Assembly (NCBI RefSeq): GCF_006345805.1
Contig: NC_043014.1
Location: 17,360,001-17,424,000, forward strand
Source of the DNA: Octopus sinensis
Lineage: Eukaryota
Reading direction: 5' to 3'
DNA length: 64,000 nucleotides
In this document: positions 53,901 through 64,000 of the stretch, in pieces
How the letters are laid out: every line of letters begins with the position of its first letter
How positions within the stretch are numbered: position 1 is the stretch's first letter
Program-made: the position numbers and the translations under genes
Notes under the pieces: generated by a model
The model's input: the letters and a program-made list of their open reading frames with translations, nothing else
What the model was told of the DNA's origin: nothing
Databases searched by the model: none

Positions 53901-56900
53901 CGGGGACTCTGCAATACACAGTACGCAGCTGTTACCGCCAACTTAAAAGATTCCGAGTCTGCTGAACAATGGGACTCTGCAATACACAGTACGCTGCTGT
54001 TACTGCCAAAGCAAATGGTTCCGAGTCTGCTGAACAACGGGGCATTCCACAATACACAGTACGCTGCTGTTACTGCCAATGGGAAAGATTCCGAGTCTGC
54101 TGAACAACGGGGACTCTGCAATACACAGTACGCTGCTGTTACTGCCAAAGCGAAAGATTCCGAGTCTGCTGAACAACGGGGACTCTGCAATACACAGTAC
54201 GCTGCTGTTACTGCCAATGGGAAAGATTCCGAGTCTGCTGAACAACGGGGACTCTGGAATACACAGTACGCTGCTGTTACTGCCAACTTGAAAGATTCCG
54301 AGTGCTGCTGAACAACGGGGACTCTGCAATACACAGTACGCTGCTGTTACTGACAATGGGAAAGATTACGAGTCTGCTGAACACGGGGACTCTACAATAC
54401 ACAGTACGCTGCTGTTACTGCCAACTTGAAAGATTCCGAGTCTGCTGAACAACGGGGACTCTGCAATACACAGTACGCTGCTGTTACTGCCAATGGGAAA
54501 GATTCCGAGTCTGCTGAACAACGGGGACTCTACAATACACAGTACGCTGCTGTTACTGCCAATGGGAAAGATTCCGAGTCTGCTGAACAACGGGGACTCG
54601 CAATACACAGTACGCTGCTGTTACTGCCAAAGTGAAAGATTCCGTGTCTGCTGAACAACGGGGACTCTGCAATACACAGTACGCTGCTGTTACTGCCAAA
54701 GCAAAAGATTCCGAGTTGCTGAACAACGGGGACTCTACAATACACAGTACGCTACTGTTACTGCCAAACTTGAAAGATTCCGAGCCTGCTGAACAACGGG
54801 GACTCCACAATACACAGTACGCTGCTGTTCCTGCCAACTTGAAAGATTCCAAGTCTGCTGAACAACGGGGACTCTACAATACACAGTACGCTGCTGTTAC
54901 TGCCAACTTGAAAGATTCCGAGTCTGCTGAACAACGGGGGCTCTACAATACACAGTACGCTGCTGTTACTGCCAACTTGAGAGATTCCGAGTCTGCTGAA
55001 CAACGGGGACTCTATAATACACAGTACGCTGCTGTTACTGCCAATTGGAAAGATTCCGAGTCTGCTGAATAAACGGGGACTCTACAATACACGGTACGCT
55101 GCTGTTACTGCCAATGGGAAAGATTCCGTGTCTGCAGAACAACGAGGACTCTGCAATACACAGTACGCTGCTGTTACTGCCAATGGGAAAGATTCCGAGT
55201 CTGCTGAAGAACGGGGACTCTGGAATACACAGTACGCTGCTGTTACTGCCAAAGCGAAAGATTCCGACTGTGCTGAACAACGGGGACTCTGCAATACACA
55301 GTACGCTGCTGTTACTGCCAATGCGAAACTTTCCGAGTCTGCTGAACAACGGGGACTCTGCAATACACAGTACGCTGCTGTTACTGCCAAAGCGAAAGTT
55401 CCGAGTCTGCTGAACAACGGGGACTCTCCAATACACAGTACGCTGCTGTTACTGCCAATGGGAAAGATTCCGATTCTGCTGAACAACGGGGACTCTGCAA
55501 TTCACAGTACGCTGCTGTTACTGCAAAAGTAAAATATTCCGAGTCTGCTGAACAACGGGGACTCTACAATACACAGAACGCTGCTGTTACTGGCAATGGG
55601 AAAGATTCCGAGTCTGCTGAACAACGGGGACTCTGCAATACACAGTACGCTGCTGTTACTGCCAATGGGAATGATTCCGAGTCTGCTGAACAACGGGGAC
55701 TCTGCAATACACAGTACGCTGCTTTTACTCCCAAAGAGAAAGATTCCGAGACTGCTGAACAACGAGCATTCCACAATACACAGTACGCAGCTGTTACTGC
55801 CAAAGCAAAAGATTCCGAGTCTGCTGAACAACGGGGACTCTGCAATACACAGTACGCAGCTGTTACCGCCAACTTGAAAGATTCCGAGTCTGCTGAACAA
55901 TGGGGACTCTGCAATACACAGTACGCTGCTGTTACTGCCAAAGCAAATGGTTCCGAGTCTGCTGAACAACGAACATTCACAATACACAGTACGCTGCTGT
56001 TACTGCCAATGGGAAAGATTCCGAGTCTGCTGAACAACGGGGACTCTGCAATACACAGTACGCTGCTGTAATGCCAATGGGAAAGATTCCGAGTCTGCTG
56101 AACAACGGGAGCTCTGCAATAAACAGTACGCTGATGTTACTGCCAATGGGAAAGATTCCGACTCTGCTGAACTACAGGGACTCTACAATACACAGTACAG
56201 TGCTGTTACTGCCAATGGGAAAGATTCCGAGTCTGCTGAACAACGGGGACTCTGCAATACACAGTACGCTGCTGTTACTGCCAAAGCGAAAGATTCCGAG
56301 GCTGCTAAAAACAACGGGGACACTGCATTACACAGTACGCTGCTGTTACTGCCAATGCGAAAGATTCAGAGTCTACTGAACAACGGGGACTCTGCAATAC
56401 ACAGTACGCTTCTGTTACTGCCAATGAGAAAGATTCCAAGTCTGCTGAACAACGGGGACTCTGCAATACACAGTACGCTGCTGTAACTGCCAAAGTGAAA
56501 GATTCCTAGTCTGCTGAACAACTTGGACTCTGCAATACACAGTACGCTGCTGTTACTGCCAATAGGAAAGATTCCGAGTCTTCTGAACAACGGGGACTCT
56601 GCAATACACAGTACGCTGCTGTTACTGCCAACTTGAAAGATTCCGAGTCTGCTGAACAACGGCGACTCTGCAATACACAGTACGCTGCTGTTACTGCCAA
56701 ACTGAAAGATTCCGAATCTGCTGAACAACGGCGACTCTGCAATACACAGTACGCTGCTGTTACTGCCAAACTTGAAAGATTCCGAGTCTGCTGAACAACG
56801 GGGACTCTGCAATACACAGTACGCTGCGGTTACTGCCAAAGCAAAAGATTCCGAGTCTGCTGAACAACAGGGACTCTACAATACACAGTACGCTACTGTT

Positions 56901-58530
56901 ACTGCCAACTTGAAAGATTCCGAGTCTGCTGAACAACGGGGACTCTACAATACACAGTACGCTGCTGTTACTGCCAACTTGAAAGATTCCGAGTCTGCTG
57001 AACAACGGGGACTCTACAATACACGGTACGCCGCTGTTACTGCCAACTTTAAAATTCCGAGTCTGCTGAACAACGGGGACTCTACAATACACAGTACGCT
57101 GCTGTTACTGCCAACTTGAAAGCTTCCGTGTCTGCTGAACAACGGGGACTCTACAATACACAGTACGCTGCTGATACTGCCAAAGTAAAAGATTCCGAGG
57201 CTGCTGAACAACGGGGACTCTGCAATAAACAGTACGCTGCTGTTACTCCCAAAGTGAAAGTTTCCGAGTCTGCTGAACAACGGGGACTCTGCAATACACA
57301 GTACGCTGCTGTTACTGCCAAAGCAAAAGATTCCGAGTCTGCTGAACAACGGGGACTCTGCAATACACAGTACGCTGCTGTTACTGCCAAAGAGAAAGAT
57401 TCCGAGAGTGCTGAACAACGAGCATTCCACAATACACAGTACGCAGCTGTTACTGCCAAAGCAAAAGATTCCGAGTCTGCTGAACAACGGGGACTCTACA
57501 ATACACAGTACGCAGCTGTTACTGCCAAAGCAAAAGATTCCGAGTCTGCTGAACAACGGGGACTCTACAATACACAGTACGCAGCTGTTACTGCCAAAGC
57601 AAAAGATTCCGAGTCTGCTGAACAACGGGGACTCTGCAATACACAGAACGCTGCTGTTACTGCCAAAGAGAAAGATTCCGAGTCTGCTGAACAACGGGGA
57701 ATCTGCAATACACAGTACGCAGCTGTTACCGCCAACTTAAAAGATTCCGAGTCTGTTGAACAATGGGGACTCTGCAATACACAGTACGCTGCTGTTACTG
57801 CCAAAGCAAATGGTTCCGAGTCTGCTGAACAACGGGCATTCCACAATACACAGTACGCTGCTGTTACTGCCAATGGGAAAGATTCCGAGTCTGCTGAACA
57901 ACGGGGACTCTGCAATACACAGTACGCTGCTGTTACTGCCAAAGCGAAAGATTCCGAGTCTGCTAAACAACGGGGACTCTGCAATACACAGTACGCTGCT
58001 GTTACTGCCAATGGGAAAGATTCCGAGTCTGCTGAACAACGGGGACTCTGGAATACACAGTACGCTGCTGTTACTGCCAACTTGAAAGATTCCGAGTCTG
58101 CTGAACAACGGGGACTCTGCAATACACAGTACGCTGCTGTTACTGACAATGGGAAAGATTACGAGTCTGCTGAACAACGGGGACTCTACAATACACAGTA
58201 CGCTGCTGTTACTGCCAACTTGAAAGATTCCGAGTCTGCTGAACAACGGGGACTCTGCAATACACAGTACGCTGCTGTTACTGCCAATGGGAAAGATTCC
58301 GAGTCTGCTGAACAACGGGGACTCTACAATACACAGTACGCTGCTGTTACTGCCAATGGGAAAGATTCCGAGTCTGCTGAACAACGGGGACTCTGCAATA
58401 CACAGTACGCTGCTGTTACTGCCAAGTGAAAGATTCCGTGTCTGCTGAACAACGGGGACTCTGCAATACACAGTACGCTGCTGTTACTGCCAAAGCAAAA
58501 GATTCCGAGTTGCTGAACAACGGGGACTCT
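50950..58530. repeat. Tandem duplication of about 55 B monomers (about 3.8 kb): copy 1 about 50950-54740, copy 2 about 54740-58530
   Basis: Paired markers: GTTCCTGCC 51052/54827, GCTTTTACTCCCAAAGAG 51941/55721, GCTAAAAACAAC 52521/56304, GCTGCGGTTAC 53034/56823, GCAAATGGTTCC 54011/57806, TGACAATGGGAAAGATTACG 54351/58144. Offsets are 3775-3795; 55x69 = 3795. Confidence 0.9.
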
Positions 58531-58789
58531 ACAATACACAGTACGCTGCTGTTACTGCCAAAGTGAAAGATTCCGAGACTGCTGAACAACGAGCATTCCA
58601 CAATACACAGTACGCAGCTGTTACTGCCAATGGGAAAGATTCCGAGTCTGCTGAACAACGGGGACTCTGCAATACACAGAACGCTGCTGTTACTGCCAAA
58701 GATAAAGATTCCGAGTCTGCTGAACAACGGGGACTCTGCAATACACAGTACGCAGCTGTTACCGCCAACTTGAAAGATTCCGAGTCTGC

Positions 58790-61700
58790 TGAACAACGGG
58801 GACTCTGCAATACACAGTGCGCTGCTGTTACTGCCAATGGGAAAGATTCCGAATCTGCTGAACAACGGGGACTCTGCAATACACAGTACGCTGCTGTTAC
58901 TGCCAATGGCAAAGATTCCGAGTCTGCTGAACAACGGGGACTCTGCAATACACAGTACGCTGCTGTTACTGCCAATGGGAAAGATTCCGAGTCTGCTGAA
59001 CAACGGGGACTCTACAATACACAGTACGCTGCTGTTACTGCCAATGGCAAAGTTTCCGAGTCTGCTGAACAACGGGCATTCCACAATACACAGTACGCTG
59101 CTGTAACTGCCAATGCGAAAGAATCCGAGTTTGCTGAACAACGGGGACTCTGCAATACACAGTACGCTGCTGTTACTGCCAAAGCAAAAGATTCCGAGTC
59201 TGCTGAACAACGGGGACTCTGCAATACACAGTACGCTGCTGTTACTGCCAATGGGAAAGATTCCGAGTCTGCTGAACAACGGGGACTCTGCAATACACAG
59301 TACGCTGCTGTTACTGCCAAATTGAAAGATTCCGAGCTGCTAAAACAACGGGGACACTGCATTACACAGAACGCTGCTGTTACTGCCAATGGGAAAGATT
59401 CCGAGTCTGCTGAACAACGGGGACTCTGGAATACACAGTACGCTGCTGTTACTGCCAACTTGAAAGATTCCGAGTCTGCTGAACAACGGGGACTCGCAAT
59501 ACACAGTACGCTGCTGTTACTGCCAATGGGAAAGATTCCGAGTCTGCTGAACAACGGGGACTCTGCAATACACAGTACGCTGCTGTTACTGCCAAAGCGA
59601 AAGATTCCGAGTCTGCTGAACAACGGGGACTCTGCAATACACAGTACGCTGCTGTTACTGCCAATGGGAAAGATTCCGAGTCTGCTGAACAACGGGGACT
59701 CTGCAATACACAGTACGCTGCTGTTACTGCCAACTTGAAAGATTCCGAGTCTGCTGAACAACGGGGACTCTGCAATACACAGTACGCTGCTGTTACTGAC
59801 AATGGGAAAGATTCCGAGTCTGCTGAACAACGGGGACTCTACAATACACAGTACGCTGCTGTTACTGCCAACTTGAAAGATTCCGAGTCTGCTGAACAAC
59901 GGGGACTCTGCAATACACAGTACGCTGCTGTTACTGCCAAAGCAAAAGATTCCGAGTCTGCTGAACAACGGGGACTCTGCAATACACAGTACGCTGCTGT
60001 TACTGCCAATGGGAAAGATTCCGAGTCTGCTGAACAACGGGGACTCTACAATACACAGTACGCTGCTGTTACTGCCAATGGGAAAGATTCCGAGTCTGCT
60101 GAACAACGGGGACTCTGCAATACACAGTACGCTGCTGTTACTGCCAAAGTGAAAGATTCCGAGTCTGCTGAACAACGGGGACTCTGCAATACACAGTACG
60201 CTGCTGTTACTGCCAAAGATAAAGATTCCGAGTCTGCTGAACAACGGGAACTCTGCAATATACAGTACGCTGCTGTTACTGCCAATGGGAAAGTTTCCGA
60301 GTCTGCTGAACAACGGGCATTCCACAATACACAGTACGCAGCTGTTACTGCCAAAGCAAACGATTCCGAGTCTGCTGAACAACGGGGACACTGCAATACA
60401 CAGTAGGCTGCTGTTACTGCCAATGGCAAAGATTCCGAGTCTGCTGAACAACGGGGACTCTGCAATACACAGTACGCAGCTGTTACGCCAACTTGAAAGA
60501 TTCCGAGTCTGCTGAACAACGGGGACTCTGCAATACACAGTACGCTGCTGTTACTGCCAATGGGAAAGATTCCGAATCTGCTGAACAACGGGGACTCTGC
60601 AATACACAGTACGCTGCTGTTACTGCCAATGGGAAAGATTCCGAGGCTGCTGAACAACGAGGACTCTGCAATACACAGTACGCTGCTGTTACTGCCAAAT
60701 TGAAAGATTCTGAGTCTGCTGAACAACGGCGACTCTGCAATACACAGTACGCTGCTGTTACTGCCAAAGCAAAAGATTCCGAGTCTGCTGAACAACGGCG
60801 ACTCTGCAATACACAGTACGCTGCTTTTACTGCCAAAGAGAAAGATTCCGAGACTGCTGAACAACGAGCATTCCACAATACACAGTACGCAGCTGTTACT
60901 GCCAAAGCAAAAGATTCCGAGTTTGCTGAACAACGGGGACACTGCAATACACAGTACGCTGCTGTTACTGCCAATGGGAAAGATTCCGAGTCTGCTGAAC
61001 AACGGGGACTCTGCAATACACAGTACGCTGCTGTTACTGCCAAAGCGAAAGATTCCGAGGCTGCTAAAAACAACGGGGACACTGCATTACACAGTACGCT
61101 GCTGTTACTGCCAATGCGAAAGATTCACAGTCTACTGAACAACGGGGACTCTGCAATACACAGTACGCTGCTGTTACTGCCAATGAGAAAGATTCCGAGT
61201 CTGCTGAACAACGGGGACTCTGCAATACACAGTACGCTGCTGTTACTGCCAATGGGAAAGATTCCGAGTCTGCTGAACAACGGGGACTCTGCAATACACA
61301 GTACGCTGCTGTTACTGCCAATGGGAAAGATTCCGAGTCTGCTGAACAACGGGGACTCTACAATACACAGTACGCTGCTGTTACTGCCAATGGGAAAGAT
61401 TCCGAGTCTGCTGAACAACGGGGACTCTACAATACACAGTACGCTGCTGTTACTGCCAATGGGAAAGATTCCGAGTCTGCTGAACAACGGGGACTCTGCA
61501 ATACACAGTACGCTGCTGTTACTGCCAAAGTGAAAGATTCCGAGACTGCTGAACAACGAGCATTCCACAATACACAGTACGCAGCTGTTACTGCCAAGTG
61601 GGAAAGATTCCGAGTCTGCTGAACAACGGGGACTCTGCAATACACAGAACGCTGCTGTTACTGCCAAAGATAAAGATTCCGAGTCTGCTGAACAACGGGG

Positions 61701-62780
61701 ACTCTGCAATATACAGTACGCTGCTGTTACTGCCAATGGGAAAGTTTCCGAGTCTGCTGAACAACGGGCATTCCACAATACACAGTACGCAGCTGTTACT
61801 AACAAAGCAAAAGATTCCGAGTCTGCTGAACAACGGGGACACTGCAATACACTGTAGGCTGCTGTTACTGCCAATGGCAAAGATTCCGAGTCTGCTGAAC
61901 AACAGGGACTCTGCAATACACAGTACGCAGCTGTTACCGCCAACTTGAAAGATTCCGAGTCTGCTGAACAACTTGGACTCTGCAATACACAGTACGCTGC
62001 TGTTACTGCCAAATTGAAAGATTCCGAGTCTTCTGAACAACGGCGACTCTGCAATACACAGTACGCTGCTGTTACTGCCAACTTGATAGATTCCGAGTCT
62101 GCTGAACAACGGCGAATCTGCAATACACAGTACGCTGCAGTTACTGCCAAATTGAAAGATTCAGAGTCTGCTAAACAACGGGGACTCTGCAATACACAGT
62201 GCGCTGCTGTTACTGCCAATGGGAAAGATTCCGAATCTGCTGAACAACGGGGACTCTGCAATACACAGTACGCTGCTGTTACTGCCAATGGGAAAGATTC
62301 CGAGTCTGCTGAACAACGGGGACTCTGCAATACACAGTACGCTGCTGTTACTGCCAATGGGAAAGATTCCGAGTCTGCTGAACAACGGGGACTCTACAAT
62401 ATACAGTACGCTGCTGTTACTGCCAATGGCAAAGTTTCCGAGTCTGCTGAACAACGGGCATTCCACAATACACAGTACGCAACTGTAACTGCCAATGCGA
62501 AAGAATCTGAGTTTGCTGAACAACGGGGACTCTGCAATACACAGTACGCTGCTGTTACTGCCAAAGCAAAAGATTCCGAGTCTGCTGAACAACGGGGACT
62601 CTGCAATACACAGTACGCTGCTGTTACTGCCAATGGGAAAGATTCCGAGTCTGCTGAACAACGGGGACTCTGCAATACACAGTACGCTGCTGTTACTGCC
62701 AATGCGAAAGATTCCGAGGCTGCTAAAAACAACGGGGACACTGCATTACACAGTACGCTGCTGTTACTGCCAATGGGAAA
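58790..62780. repeat. Duplicated B blocks: about 58790-59400 vs about 62170-62780 (49 monomers) and about 60180-60500 vs about 61630-61950 (21 monomers)
   Basis: CAGTGCGCTG, GAATCTGCTG, AATGGCAAAGTTTCC (59043/62425; offset 3382 = 49x69+1) and GTAACTGCCAATGCGAAAGAATC recur in order. AAAGATAAAG, ATATACAG and GTAGGCTG recur at about 60216/61666 (offset about 1450 = 21x69+1). Confidence 0.8.
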
Positions 62781-64000
62781 GATTCCGAGTCTGCTGAACA
62801 ACGGAGACTCTGCAATAACCAGTACGCTGCTGTTACTGCCAATGGGAAAGATTCCGAGTCTGCTGAACAACGGGGACTCTGCAATACACAGTACGCTGCT
62901 GTTACTGCCAACTTGAAAGATTCCGAGTCTGCTGAACAACGGGGACTCTGCAATACACAGTACGCTGCTGTTACTGACAATGGGAAAGATTCCGAGTCTG
63001 CTGAACAACGGGGACTCTACAATACACAGTACGCTGCTGTTACTGCCAACTTGAAAGATTCCGAGTCTGCTGAACAACGGGGACTCTGCAATACACAGTA
63101 CGCTGCTGTTACTGCCAAAGCAAAAGATTCCGAGTCTGCGAACAACGGGGACTCTGCAATACACAGTACGCTGCTGTTACTGCCAATGGGAAAGATTCCG
63201 AGTCTGCTGAAAAACGGGGACTCTACAATACACAGTACGCTGCTGTTACTGCCAATGGAAAGATTCCGAGTCTGCTGAACAACGGGGACTCTGCAATACA
63301 CAGTACGCTGCTGTTACTGCCAAAGCAAAAGATTCCGAGTTTGCTGAACAACGGGGACTCTACAATACACAGTACGCTGCTGTTACTGCCAAAGTGAAAG
63401 ATTCCGAGACTGCTGAACAACGAGCATTCCACAATACACAGTACGCAGCTGTTACTGCCAATGGGAAAGATTCCGAGTCTGCAGAACAACGGGGACTCTG
63501 CAATACACAGTACGCTGCTGTTACTGCCAAGATAAAGATTCCGAGTCTGCTGAACAACGGGGACTCTGCAATATACAGTACGCTGCTGTTACTGCCAATG
63601 GGAAAGATTCCGAGTCTGCTGAACAACGGGCATTCCACAATACACAGTACGCAGCTGTTACTGCCAAAGCAAAAGATTCCGAGTCTGCTGAACAACGGGG
63701 ACTCTACAATACACAGTACGCAGCTGTTACTGCCAAAGCAAAAGATTCCGAGTCTGCTGAACAACGGGGACTCTGCAATACACAGAACGCTGCTGTTACT
63801 GCCAAAGAGAAAGATTCCGAGTCTGCTGAACAACGGGGACTCTGCAATACACAGTACGCAGCTGTTACTGCCAAAGCAAATGATTCCGAGTCTGCTGAAC
63901 AATGGGGACTCTGCAATACACAGTACGCTGCTGTTACTGCCAAAGCAAATGGTTCCGAGTCTGCTGAACAACGGGCATTCCACAATACACAGTACCCTGC

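Larger units (their letters stand above)
39809..64000. repeat. Satellite array, family B: 69-bp monomer, about 350 head-to-tail copies, 77% identical to A
   Basis: 69-bp periodicity with consensus GCTGAACAACGGGGACTCTGCAATACACAGTACGCTGCTGTTACTGCCAATGGGAAAGATTCCGAGTCT. An ungapped alignment to the A consensus shows 16 mismatches. Same orientation as A. The array runs off the right edge. Confidence 0.99.

Noticed and set aside
39773-63985. Minus-strand ORFs in B (FSRLGIFPIGSNSSVLCIAESPL; AVTAAYCVLQSPRCSADSESFPL) and the LLNNGD motif that superficially recalls leucine-rich or ankyrin repeats
   Set aside because: These are alternative frames of the same monomer. The spacing matches neither LxxLxLxxN nor the 33-aa ankyrin consensus, and several frames being open at once is expected for a 3n repeat.
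1-64000. CRISPR array
   Set aside because: There are no unique spacers; the entire 69 bp repeats. No cas genes or leader are present.
1-64000. Identity with human beta (68-bp Sau3A) satellite or another named satellite
   Set aside because: The length is similar, but I recognise no sequence similarity and the consensus has no GATC. A Dfam, Repbase or nt search is needed; no taxon is assigned.

Overview
The whole 64-kb window is one head-to-tail tandem array of 69-bp monomers, all in the same orientation. I found no unique sequence, transposon, RNA gene, CRISPR spacer or credible gene. It contains two sister satellite families. Family A (1-39808, about 575 monomers) has consensus GCTGAACAACGGGCATTCCGCAATACACAGAACGCTGCTGCTTCTAACAATGCGTGAGCCTCAGAGATT. 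Family B (39809-64000, about 350 monomers) has consensus GCTGAACAACGGGGACTCTGCAATACACAGTACGCTGCTGTTACTGCCAATGGGAAAGATTCCGAGTCT. The consensuses align without gaps at 53/69 (77%) and both are 35/69 GC. They are 36/40 identical in the first 40 nt but only 17/29 in the rest. The families meet abruptly and in register at about 39808/39809, with an 11-bp deletion inside the shared conserved box. Both arrays show irregular higher-order structure: dispersed multi-monomer cassettes and tandem duplications of about 32 monomers (A) and about 55 monomers (B). The supplied ORFs are best explained as a by-product of a 3n (23-codon) monomer, although B shows some features that justify a formal coding test. 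Many 1-2 bp deletions fall on homopolymers or polymorphic columns and look like consensus/polishing artefacts. The best reading is eukaryotic satellite DNA (centromeric, pericentromeric or subtelomeric). The organism, chromosomal position and function cannot be determined from this window, and I do not recognise either monomer as a named family. All counts were made by eye.
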